NCBI GenBank assembly: GCA_000165425.1
Contig: CT868653.1
Coordinates: 62,001 to 126,000 of the forward strand
Reading direction: 5' to 3'
Origin: Paramecium tetraurelia
Taxonomy: Eukaryota
DNA length: 64,000 nucleotides
The notes under the pieces: generated by a model
Databases searched by the model: none
What the model saw: only the letters and a program-made list of their open reading frames with translations
What the model was told of the DNA's origin: nothing
In this document: piece by piece, positions 1-12,234 of the stretch
Position numbering within the stretch: the first letter of the stretch is position 1
How the letters are laid out: every line of letters starts with the position of its first letter
Program-made: the position numbers and the translations under genes

Positions 1-1610
1 ACATTTTTATTGATTTAGTTGGATATAGAAGATATGGACATAATGAGTAAGATCAGCCTAAATTCACTTAACCTATTATGTATGAGAAGATTGACAAGAC
101 TCCTCCTGTTTTTATTAAATATAGTGACAAATTGATTGCTCAAGGTATCGTGACCAAAGAACAAGTGGACACTTTGATGAAGACTCATGAAGACAATCTT
201 GAACTGGCTTATCAGAAATCTAGAAAAATGGATTACAATCTCAAGGATTGGCAACCAGTGCCATGGGAAATGATCAAGGTTCCAGTCCTTTGGGGAAGAA
301 TCAAAGATACCGGTGTTCCTTTGAATGTGTTAAAAACATTAGGGGAAAAAATCAATAAGATACCTAATGAATTCCATGCTCATCCTTAGATCAGAAAATT
401 TTATGAAGAGAGATTGTCATGGATTCAAAAAGATCAACCTATTGATTTTGCTACTGCTGAAGCTTTGGCATTTGGAACTCTTCTTCATGAGGGATTCAAT
501 CTAAGACTGTCCGGAGAGGATGTTTAAAGGGCAACTTTCTCTCACAGACATGCCGTTATACATGATTAAAAGGATCCTAACGGTTAAGATTATGTCCCAT
601 TGCATAATGCTATTCCCAAGGGATAAGAACAAAGACTCAGTATTTACAATTCTCATTTATCTGAATATGGAGTTCTTGGGTTCGATTATGGTTACTCTAT
701 CACAAATCCAAATACGTTAGTGTTGTGGGAGGCATAATTTGGTGATTTTGCAAATGGAGCATAAATTATTATTGATAATTATATAGCAAGTGCAGAATCC
801 AAATGGGATGTCGATAGTGGATTGGTTATGTTGTTACCAAATGGTATGGATGGACAAGGTCCAGAACATAGTTCAGGGAGAGTTGAAAGATTTTTGTAGT
901 TGAGTGATGATGACCCTGCCGTTTTTGAAAAAAATCTCGGAGGTAATCTAATTATTTATATCTACTAGTCAGATTAACTAGATAGATGAGAAATTCAAAT
1001 ATGCAAATTGTGTAATGCACTACTCCTGCCAATTACTTCCATGCTCTCAGAAGACAATTAAGAAGAGATTTCAGAAAACCTTTGATTGCCATGACGTCCA
1101 AAAGACTTTTAAGATTGCAAGCAGCCAAATCTAAACTTACTGAACTTACTACTCAATTCAATCAAGTTTATGATGAAGCTCTTCCTGAATTCCTTGTTCA
1201 ACCCAATTAAGTCAAAAGAGTTATATTATGCTCAGGATAAATTTATTATGATTTACTCAAAAAAAGAGAAGACCTCAAACAAAATGTAATTCTATTTCAT
1301 TTATTTTCCTTAGAATGTTGCTATTCTCAGAATTGAACAGTTGGCTCCATTCCCTTATGAGTTCTTATAAAAAATCATTGGCAAATACAATCAAGCAGAA
1401 TTCGTCTGGGTCTAAGAAGAACATATGAATTATGGTCCTTGGGCATTTGTCAGACCAAGAATCTAAAGTGTACTAGCCAAGACTACAAATATTTCTAATT
1501 CACCTATCCAGTATATTGGCAGAAGACCAAGTGGATCACCAGCTACTGGTTTTCATTAATTGCATGATAAGGAAATCTAGACCCTTTTATAGAAGGCCTT
1601 TGAAATTTGA
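1..1610 (+). CDS. OGDH: 2-oxoglutarate dehydrogenase E1 component, 3' part (gene begins upstream of window)
   Basis: Code-6 translation gives [66 protein letters not shown] and [12 protein letters not shown]. Introns end at 19 and lie at 943-968 and 1286-1313. TGA at 1608-1610. Confidence 0.96.
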
Positions 1611-1725
1611 TCAATTATGTTATTATTCAATTCTTGTATTTTATTTTTCGATATTTATCAATCCACTAAATCACTTAAATGAAATATCAAAGACAAAAAA
1701 GCATTCCATAATTTTATTATTTTTA

Positions 1726-3625
1726 ATGCTAACAGAAGATGTTGTATTCTACTCAATTGCTACTACCATCCTTTTCATCTATGTCGTCTATTTGATATGG
1801 GAATATTCAGCAAAGGATGTGCCCTTATACATCAAGATTTTAACCTTCATTTCTTGGATGTTGACCTTTTCAATTGTGTTAGTCTTACCAATTGACATTG
1901 CCAATGTTATTATAAGATTTTAAGATTTTAGTCGACCAAATAGCTCAATGAGGAGTAGTAACAAGAGACCATGGGGAATATCAAAATATTATGGAGAATT
2001 ATGTATTGGGGGAATTTCTTCTTGGCTTGGTAAAATTTGTATTTATACAGGTTGGTCTTACCATTTTTTTAAGATTATGAAAGCTCTGGAGATTTTGATA
2101 TCCGAGGCAAAATTCGATACTCTTTGAAAAAAAATTTAACAATATATGGAGTAGGAACAGTGATAATTGTTGGACTGGCCATCTATTTATTGATTAAGGA
2201 CAATTTTGATTCAGCTCATGTTGAAGGGGTTTTGATTGGTGTGAGCAACTTTTTGTAAGCGATCTTTATTAATCATCTAGTGGATTGCTTTTGGTTGTCA
2301 TCCTATTGGGATAAGGCTTAGTAGCAATTCCAAAATTATACTACAGAGAACATAAAGAGGAAGAAGTCTTGGAATAATGCTATTAATAGGCTGTCCTATT
2401 GGATGAATAGAGAACTGAGAAAACCTACGAGCTCGAAGACATTTGTAGGGTTGTAATATATTCAAAATAACTAGACTCTTCAACTGTTGCAGAATGAATA
2501 TTCTGACAGCGAATTCAGTCGATATTTGATGATCATTCTACAAAGGATTCCTTAAGAATTTCAAAAGACCATCAGGCAAACTCTGTAAAAGTATAATGCT
2601 TCCAACATACCTGATAAATACAAGCCATTGAATCTAGAAGTCTTGGCTTCGATACACAAATATGTAAAATGCCTTATGTTTGATTTACAAAGAATTCAAA
2701 CTAAACTAAATATTGTTAATTAGAAGGCATTGAAGTTCGAAAGGAAGGACCTAGCAGATGATGAGACATAGTTCGAAACCAAGTGGTCTAAGATGATTTA
2801 TAAGATTTCTATCATTTGGAATCTAAAGCTCAGGAAATATTACTGTGTGATTTTGGCCATAACCTATGCACTTCTTAGTTTATTCATACTATTTTGCGAG
2901 ATGATTACTTTTGTTGCCAAAACAAACAAGAATTTGAATCCCTATTACTTATTATTGTCCTCCATCAATAGGTATTATTTAACAGAACTTGTTTTGCTCT
3001 TGCCTTTGCTTTACATGATGTTTTGCACCTATTATGGTTTATTTGCAATGAAAATATCAGGGCTAATTTCATTTAACAAACATCATCATACAGATGCAGC
3101 CAGCCTCATGTTTGGGTCCATGTATTGATATTTTATAATTTTTGCAAGTAACTTTGCTAGAGTAAGTTTCCCCTTGTGTTTCAATTTCATTCAAATTACA
3201 GAGATTTTGGAAGATTAAGCAACTTCCTTTAGTGAGACCGTAGGTAATCTGGCAGAATCTCTTTTTGTATAGAGTTACAAGACAATACTTCCTTTGATGC
3301 TATTGATTATGTGCTTTTTCAATTTATTCAATATTGGAGATAAGTTAATGAGGACTATAGGTTTAGGACAATATGCTTAACAGGAGAGAATATCTGGAAT
3401 GAGTTTAGAAGGCAAAAAAATCATAGAAAAGGGTATATTATATACATAAGAATATAAATAGAGAGAGAATAGAGGAAGAAGAACAATCTTAATGAGAGCA
3501 ATTCTCAGATAGTATTTTAAGAATTGTAAATAATGCCAAAAAGTAAAATTCAGGATGAGGAAGAAACTTAAAGAAAGAACTCAAATTAAGGAATAAGAAA
3601 TTTTGATTAAATTCTAAGTATTTGA
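1726..3625 (+). CDS. LMBR1-domain multi-pass membrane protein (LMBRD2-like)
   Basis: Multiple hydrophobic helices with motifs LVLPIDI, LWRIMYW, LPFFQDYESSGDF, HHTDAASL and NFARVSFPLCFNF. Several short GT-AG introns; TGA at 3623-3625. Confidence 0.85.
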
Positions 3626-3764
3626 ATTATTATTATTGTTACTTGTAATTTAATATATGGACTCTATTTGGTTAGATTTTTCAGTTAACAATAATTGAGA
3701 TATGGAGGTGTTTCTTGAGTACACTGAATTTATTTTGTATTATAATTCTTATAAATTGAAAAAT

Positions 3765-5715
3765 TCATGATTATGCCAACTAGTTTCTTTTAATGGTTGC
3801 TTGTTGTAAAGATGATTGATGTTCTTGGTAATTAGTGGGAAAGACTACATATGGAAATAAATGTTTACATTGTCCATTTGTTAAATTGATTCTCAGTAAT
3901 TGTAATATAACTTTATTGCCTGGATTAACCTCATATTAATGGATGATGTAAAAGTTTCCAAAGCATACAGCTCCTTCCATGTCTTGGACTGGTGTGAATA
4001 CTTCAGAAACGCCTTCCCTTCTTGTGGGGATTAAAAATTATTCTGGTGGTTCTAAAGAAAAGATTTCATTCTTCTTAATTTCTCCATTGGCCCAATCAAA
4101 AGTATAGATTTCCCTTTTCATAATGTATTCAAATTTAAGGAATTCACCAGATAAGATTAACTGATTGTAACCATAATAAGGAGCAGAAAAGACTGGAGAA
4201 CTCAAAACATTCTTTTGATATTCATCATCTTTTTTAACTGAAAAATGAACGTCAAAACATTATTTTCCTATAAATTTTTCATCTTTGCATTGAAAGATTT
4301 AACCCTAGTTTTATTGTTAGCACCGATAGGCAACTAAACCATCAGGATCGTGTTGAATTCCTCCAAAAATGACCAATAATTTTGAAAATTACGGATGAGT
4401 TGCAACAAAGAAACTACCACCAAATCTTGGGATTAAATTGTACATCAGTACTTACCATGGTGTTTATTATCTCATGACATAAGCTTTGTTATACAATTCA
4501 TCTAAAATTTGTTGATCTTTTGTTTTTTTCTGTCCCTAGCCATAAAACACATAGACATTGCTAAAACAATACTGCTTATTGATTACTTATTATAATGAGT
4601 TCCCATGAAATTGTATCCTTCTTAAGGTAGGGGAGGCAATTCTTCCATAACAGCAGATTTTCCATCTTAAAAAGGATCGTTAGAGAATGTAACTTTGAGC
4701 ACTTAATTACTTTGCACAAATCTATCTTCAGTTTTTCCTGCGATGATATAAATAAACTTTTGATTATTGGCCTCTCCTTTAATATACAAAGCCTATTCCT
4801 TCTACAGATAGGGTTTCCCTTTCAGAATAAGAGGAAACTCATGCCACACTCCGTAATTTATAAAGTAGACAATAAGCTGCTTGAATAATAGAATAATTAC
4901 AGTGGATTCGCTGATTTCCTGCCTTTATCTTCTCTTGAGAGCAAAGATAAAGTCATTGGTCAAATTATTTTAGGTCAAAGTAATCAATTTCATGGCATTT
5001 CTAAAGACTTGTTATAATTCTTGGGCTCTTTTCTTAACTTTCTATTACAAATCTTGAACTTTCAAGTTATTTTCTTTGGCTTGTTTGTAGATTTTATTAT
5101 TAGTATATTGCTGCAGCTTAACACTTGTATAGGACATTTCGTCAGAGATGGTCTTTTAGGTTGGGTTCAATGAATTGGTTTCTTCAAGCTTTCTTTGAAT
5201 CCCAAGAATGGGTGTAATTCCTGGCAGTTAATATTTAATGGCTGATGCTGCTTGGTTCTTAGGCACTTTATTCTATGCAAAATAACCTGGGTTGGTTGGC
5301 TAAGTAGATTAGAATAATTTGTCCTTATCAAACTTCACTCCAGGATACTTCTTTTATAATAGTTTAAATGATTCTAGTGCGTGATAGAGTTTAAAGTCAA
5401 TTCCGTAGTCATCGTACAAGTGAAACACTTTGCAGCCAGGACACGAAAATCCACTTAATAATAATTAGAATATGGTTACTGTCCATCCCTGTTGTTAGTT
5501 TAGTAATATTCCAACCAGGAATCCAGATCGAATAAACATGCAACATATTAGATAGAATTGTGTCTTACAGGGATGGTCACAGGCATACTTGAAAGCTAGC
5601 ATTTCAATAGGATTTCCACTAGATTACTCTAGATGTTTTTCTCAATTAATTCATTCATAAAGTGACTCACATTGTTTTTAAAGATATTCTCCTTGTACTC
5701 TTTTAAAGGTAACAT
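3765..5715 (-). CDS. SP-RING/MIZ-like finger plus Kelch-type beta-propeller protein, copy 1
   Basis: N-terminal LKCQLSSMPVTIPVRH..ACLFDLDSW..GFSCPGC..YGID. C-terminal Kelch-like blades (FIYIIAG, VYVFYG, PRFGGSFF..LVIFGG). Short introns, including 3845-3868. Confidence 0.72.
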
Positions 5716-5813
5716 TTGAGCTAATTATAAATAATATTGTTTATGATATCTCCAATTAAAATATCTCTAAAATTCATTTTTATAATAAGGACTGAGAATT
5801 AAATAAATTATAA

Positions 5814-8374
5814 ATGAAGAAAAACAGTTTGTGTGATAATAGCAAGTGCAACAAAACAACAATCTTTCAAAAGTAGATGGCACCTGTTAAATGTTCGAAA
5901 TGCAATAGCGGTACATATTGTTGTCAAGCATGTTTGAAGGAAGATGAGTAACAATAAAAATATTTTAAGAGATCATGTCTGCAATTCAGATCATTTGGAT
6001 CTTGATAATACGACCCAGATTAATTCATCTGTTAATGAAACCCTCTTGTAAATCCAATAAAAGAAGAGAACTCTCGACGATTACGAATTCATTAATGGAG
6101 ACAAAGGAATGTTAGGAAGAGGAGCATTTGGAGAAGTGAGATTAGCTATAGATATTGAATTGCAATAGGAAATGGCTATTAAGATTTTAAATAAGAAGAA
6201 AATGCTTAGGAATTGCAATCTTCAACAACTAAAAAATGAAATCAAATTATAAAGGAGTCTAAACCATCCAAACATAATCTAATTATATCATGCATTTGAA
6301 GACAGAGAAAACATATACTTTGCCTTGGAATATGCTTCCAATGGTTCCCTCTATAAATACTTGAGAAAACTTAAAGTCATGCCTGAACCTGAGGCTTTTG
6401 TGTACTTTTTCTAAACTTGTCTAGCCGTAGATTACTTACACAAGAAAAATGTGATTCATAGAGATTTAAAACCAGAGAATATCTTATTGGATGAGTAAGG
6501 CAATGTAAAACTGTGTGATTTTGGATGGAGTGCTGAAAGCGTTGAGATGAGAAGCACTTTTTGTGGAACATTCGATTACATGGCACCTGAAATGTTACAC
6601 AATAAACCTCATGATTATAGAGTAGATATATGGGCCTTAGGAATATTGCTATATGAACTTCTCCATGGAAATGCACCTTTTACCAAAGCTCATTTCGCCA
6701 AAGAAAACATTTCAAATCTAACCATCAAATTCTCATAGTCTGTAAGTTCTTAAGCTAAAAATCTAATTACTTCCATATTATAACATGATCCAAAAAAGAG
6801 AATGAGTATGGATTAAATATTCGCACATCAATGGCTGAAATCTAATTCTGAAGAATTTGGAATGGACATTGGTGAGTATATATATGTTCCAAAATCATAA
6901 AGAATGAATGACTCCTCCATCAATCAAACATTCGAACAATCAAAATAGTTAAATGAATCCAAACTTAAACAACCCAATCCAAATAGAAGTTCAATTAAAA
7001 AACCAGATTTCTTGAACAGTTCATAATAACAACCATCATAAAAATAGGAAGTCTAAAAAGTTTAATAAAATTATTAAGAAAATAAAAAAACAGCCAATAG
7101 TTCCTTTCACCAAGCGAACAATCAATCACATATCTCAAAAATCTCTGAGAATTTGCAAGATTCAGCAAGATCTTCCTCAGATTGCTCAGATATCTAGAGT
7201 AGAGCATCTAATATTAGATAGTCATTTGCCAAAGACCTATCTAAGAAAGGATTAAGCTAAAATAATAATAGTTTCCACGCATAAGAAAACAAACACTTAT
7301 TTACAAACGATGCAAGCATCCTAAATTAAGAGGAAATTGAAAGACTCCTTAGATAATAATTAAAATAAGCCGAAACCAAATCAGATGACATCAAACTATC
7401 ATTAAATTCATTCCAAAATGTCTAATCAAATCAATAGTAAAATAAGTCTCTCTCTTCCATTTTGGTTGAAGACAATAAAAACTTTAGTCAATAATTATAT
7501 TCTAATTAAGGCAGCACTCTCAAATAGAGACATGTTTAATTCTTATCGCCTAAAGAAAGCATGAATGAATCATCTTAAAAGACTCAATAATAAGTAGAAG
7601 AATCTCCATATTTTAATCCTACCTAAGTAAGGGAATCAATTGCTGACGATGAAGTCAAAGAAAAATTCAGTTTTGGTAGCCTTTCAAACTCTAAACATGA
7701 TTAGAATTAACAAGAAATATCACAACCTGAAGAGTAATAAGGATTTAATAAAAAGGATAAAGTATTGAAAGAAACTAGATTGTCTAAATTATCTGTAATA
7801 GAATCGGATGAGAGTGAATGCAAAAGTGATGGAGATGATTAAAGGAATTATCAACTTTAATAAATAACCTAGGCTGTTCGCTCCTACTCTGCTAATACCG
7901 TGTAACCTAAAGATACCAGCAATTCAAGAATTCCTTAAGAAATTGAATTATAATCACAATTTTTGTACCAAAATAATGTGCTTTAGGATACTAAATCACA
8001 GACTTCAAAAACATCAAAGAAATCTAAATTATCTAAATAGTCAAAACTATCAACCAACACCAAGGTTAGTTCTGAATAAAGTAGAGCACAATAATAGTTA
8101 ATTATGTAAAAGAAGAAATATTCACAGAATATGGTTGATTATAGAAATTTTAATATGAAGGAGATTTCTAAGGAAGACAGAAATAGATATTAAGATTATA
8201 AGGATTCTACCAAGCAATTGGAAATTAGATCTAGAGAGCTTCAAGCGTTATCTCTATTCTTAGGATAATTAATTTGCTTAAAGAAGAAGCATTAAGTAAA
8301 ATAATGCCACCAAAGAGGAATTGGGCTTTTTTGGAAAAATACAATTGGCATTTGGTTGTTTAGGATAAAGATGA
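5814..8374 (+). CDS. Ser/Thr protein kinase (Aurora-like) with N-terminal MYND-like Cys cluster and long Q/S-rich tail
   Basis: [35 protein letters not shown] and DIWALG. N-terminal C-x4-C..C-x2-C-x4-YCC-x2-C. The 3' end (..FGCLGQR-TGA) requires an inferred ~37-nt intron near 8247-8283, so it is uncertain. Confidence 0.88.
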
Positions 8375-8409
8375 ACGTCGCTTTTGAATATATTAATTAT
8401 TTTTATTAA

Positions 8410-9033
8410 ATGGATGAATACTAAGTATTTTTTAGGCTAAATGTCTTGAAAAACAAAAACAAAAAATCGATATCTCCAGAGAGGAAATGATGATAGAAGT
8501 ATCAGAAATTTGGGAATAATTTAAAACAGAAAATGATTCAAAACAAATCAAAGGCAATGAACTATTATATTTTCAAATTCTGATTTTCTGCTAACAAGTC
8601 AACAAAAAGAATATGAAAGATAAAAATTAGATTCAACTAATTAACCAGCATCTCAATCACATTATTAAAAAAAAACAAAATTTAAGCTCCAGCTATTCAA
8701 ATTTCATATTGTACTAGTGAGCCTAAATTTGTAAATGAAGCCAGGAACTTGTTGGCTATGGAAATAATCAGAGAATTCAAAGTCAACATTATCAAAAGCC
8801 AAATACATCATTCATCTAAAAATATTTCAGTGGTATTGTATTAAGACCCCAAAAATATTGAATTATGGTCTTATTTAAGAGATGGCCCCTTAGATTATAA
8901 AAAAATATTTCATTTAATTGCAAATTATATTTAACGATAATAAACTTTTGTATTTTCTCATTCATACATCTATTTTACTAATATCCTTAGAAATGTATCT
9001 TGTTGTCTAGAATGTCCGTTCTGAATAATTATG
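8410..9033 (+). pseudogene. Possible decayed or hypothetical gene
   Basis: Coding-like stretches in shifting frames (e.g. KCLEKQKQKIDISREEMMIEVSEIWEQF ending at TGA ~8718), with no consistent start or splice solution. Confidence 0.25.
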
Positions 9034-9194
9034 ATATCTTTGAGAGAATAAACTTAATTCAATCTCTTGAGTTAATAAAAAATCTTAACAATTTTAGAGT
9101 ATTTATTTTTCAAATTTGTAAATGGTGGTTTAATATAATATTATTTTATTAAATAGTTTAATTAATTATTTTTGTTGAATTTAATATTTAAAAT

Positions 9195-10077
9195 TCATAA
9201 TTTTGGAAACTCTGCCTTGCTTTTTGTGATTAGAGCTGTAATTCCAGTAGGCATATCATTTGTAAAACCCAGAGACATATTGGTTCTTGCCATAACCTCT
9301 AATTATGAATCTAAATTTGATTCCCTTGTCAAGATGCTTTTAATTGTATAAATTCCAACTGGAGACTTAGCAGCAATAACCTCAGCAAGCTTAATAATTT
9401 CATCATTTAGCTGGTCATTCTTAACTACTTTGCTTACTAAACCTAGATGTAATGCTTCCTAGGCATCAAAAATTCTTCCAGTATAGGCCAATTCCCTGAA
9501 GAGTGAGGTATTGGCATTTTATTAACCCAATCTTTGAAGTGTTCCTATATCAGCAGCCCTATAAATATAATGGATGTGAATATACATTCCAATATCAATT
9601 TCTTTGATTGAGAATTTAGAATCTTCAGAGCAATATTTGATGTCAGCAGAAGTAATCAGATCAATAGCACCTCCAAAACAGCATCCTTAGATGCCAACTA
9701 TGACTGGGACTCTGATTCTGGATAATGATGTCATGGATAATTGCCAATCTTTAATTAAATTATAAATTCTGATTGACTTTCTTGCTTAATCCAATTCGTC
9801 TGGAGTCTCAGAAACAATATATCTTTAAAAAGTACTTAGAACATTGATGGAGCCTCTTTGAGGTCAAGACCAGCACAGAAATGCTTTCCTCTTCCTGTGA
9901 AAACTACAACTCTAACATCGTCAGTCTGATTAATAATATCGACTGCAGCCTTCAAATCTTGAAATAGCTGTTTTGACATGGTATTCCTAGAATTAGCAAC
10001 AGGATATACAGTTGTTTGGGTCTGTTGATTTCGAGATGATAAATTTATCCTTTTTTGGTTCCAACAAGAGTTTACAT
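9195..10077 (-). CDS. ECH1: Delta(3,5)-delta(2,4)-dienoyl-CoA isomerase-like crotonase, probably peroxisomal
   Basis: LEINRPKQLN, GRGKHFCAGLDL, GCCFGGAIDLITSADIKY, KEIDIG..ADIGTLQRL and C-terminal ..EFPKL-TGA (PTS1-like tripeptide). Confidence 0.88.
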
Positions 10078-10183
10078 ATTATGAAAATTAATATTGAAAA
10101 TACTTGGTTTAATTTTATTTGTATTTATTTTTGATGATATAAATGAATTTTGAAAATATATATCCCAAAATAAATAAATTAAT

Positions 10184-11621
10184 ATGAATCATCTTACAGG
10201 AATTGACGCTGTTCTTAATGTAGCTTAAGCAAGCACTCCAGCTCCATCAAACATAGATTCCACATGGGTTTTGATTACATCCTTTAGTGCTTTATTAACA
10301 ATATTGGGATTCGCCTTCATCAGTTCAGGAGCGGTGAGATACAAATCTGTGCAATCAGCAGTTATCACAGTCTTATTGGGAGCAGTGATCACCATATTAT
10401 TTTTCTGGCTTGTAAGAAATATAAAATAACATTTCGATTAGTTAGGATATGGATTTGCATTTGGAGATGATAAGGGAAACAAGTTCATTGGTTTGAGTAG
10501 ATTCGCTGGAGCTGGATATGGAGTGGATGCATCAAGAGATGATTATACAAATTTAAGTAAGCTAATAATCTCTAATTTTTAACTAGTTTTCTAGAGTGTT
10601 GGAGCAATAATAGTATCATCTTTGTTTGGATTGGGAACATTGGAAAGATCCAGATTTTTCTCAGTCAGTGTCTGTCTAGCTGTTATTTCAGGCTTCTTAT
10701 ATCCAACTGCATTGCATTGGGTTCAACCAACAGGTTGGCTAAGTAAATTTGGATTCATCGATTTTGCTGGATCCAGTTACATCCACTTTTTCGGTGGAGT
10801 GACAGCATTGGTTGTTTCAATCTTCTTGAAGGAAAGAAGAGATTAAGCAGGAAATGTTCACCCAGGTATCTTCCCACATCATTCCCCAATCAACATTGGT
10901 TATGGATCAATAATCTTAAGTGTTGCCACACTCATTTTCATTAATGGTGCAAATCAAGAGGGCAAAACAGATAAATATGAACAAGGATTAATAGCAGTTA
11001 ATACTTTAATCGCAGCTACCTTCTCAGCCTTGACAAGTTTTGTTGCTTAATATTTGAAAACCCACAAAACAAGTTTAATTGCTATTGCAAGAGGAAGTGT
11101 TGCTGGTATTGTTGCCATCTCAGCAATTGCCAATGACGTTAGAATTTGGGAATCTGCATTAACTGGTACCCTCGCTGGTTTAGTGTATATTGTACTTATT
11201 CTTGTCATCAAGAGATCTCATGTTGATGATCCTGCTTATACTTTAGCTACTCATCTTGTAATATATATATAATTTATCAATCTATAGGGACCAGGATTAT
11301 TGGGTACTCTTTTGGTTGGAGTCTTGACACTCAGCAATGGATTCGTAACTGGACATGGATTTAAATAATTTGGATTATAACTTGTAGGTGTTTTGGCATT
11401 ATTAGGATGGGGATTGTTGATTGCTTTATTCGTTATCCCATTGAAGGGAACTGGAGTCTTTAAGATCAATCCCTTCTAAGAATCCAAAGGAATTGATACC
11501 AGTTATGGTAATTATTTTTCATAATAATATTTTAGCTGAAGGAGAAGCTATTTAATTCATTGATGAATAACCAGAACCATCTCTTTTAAGTAGTATTCCA
11601 AAAAAGGGAATCTTCCAATGA
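10184..11621 (+). CDS. AMT: Ammonium transporter (Amt/Mep family), divergent
   Basis: GFAFISSGAVR, GYGFAFG, ERSRF, GFIDFAGSSYIHFFGG, AGIVAIS and VDDP..ATH, with many hydrophobic helices. Four short introns. Confidence 0.9.
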
Positions 11622-12098
11622 TTAATAAGTCATTAAATTTTCATGCATTAAGATAAAACAATTTCTTTATTTACTTTATATGTAAATTATTTTCTTCTAC
11701 TTTTTGAATTATACAAAATAAACCAAGATCATTGCAAAATCATTGATTGAGATCCCATCACTCTATAGGTTCGATAACAGTTATGATTATTTTCAGGTTT
11801 AAAGGATTAGTACAACTATTTAAGTACAGATTAAGAAGAACTTGAAAATGATCAACTATTAACTCGGTAAAAGCCAAAAACTTTTTTCCTGACTTAAATT
11901 ATATCTAATAATTTTATTTCTTTTAAATTAAACTCAATAAACTTTTGACATCTTAAATCAATTGTGGGCCTGTAATAAAATATTATCTATTATTCTTTAT
12001 TTTTATGCAAAGACTCTAAAATCTATTGCTTAATTTAAGATAAAGTTGGCCAATATATTTTTATTAAAATAATAATGTAAATTTACAAATATAATAAA

Positions 12099-12147
12099 TG
12101 AAATTACTTGGAATCGAACCAAGGTTTTGAGGGTCAAAACTTCACGT
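12099..12147 (-). tRNA. 3' half of a tRNA-like structure (anticodon TTG, Gln-like); probable fragment or pseudogene
   Basis: Minus strand reads TGAAG-TTTTGAC-CCTCA (anticodon arm, 4/5 pairs), AAAC, then CTTGG-TTCGATT-CCAAG (perfect T arm), then TAATTTC-A. No D arm or 5' acceptor strand upstream. Confidence 0.35.
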
Positions 12148-12234
12148 AAGAGTTGATTGTCAATTAAGATATTGAATTATTAATTAGCTATAGATATGAT
12201 ATTAATCCACCACTTAAAAAATAAACATGATATT

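Noticed and set aside
11760..11785. GGTTCGA motif suggesting another tRNA or B-box
   Set aside because: There is no flanking T-stem or other tRNA arm.
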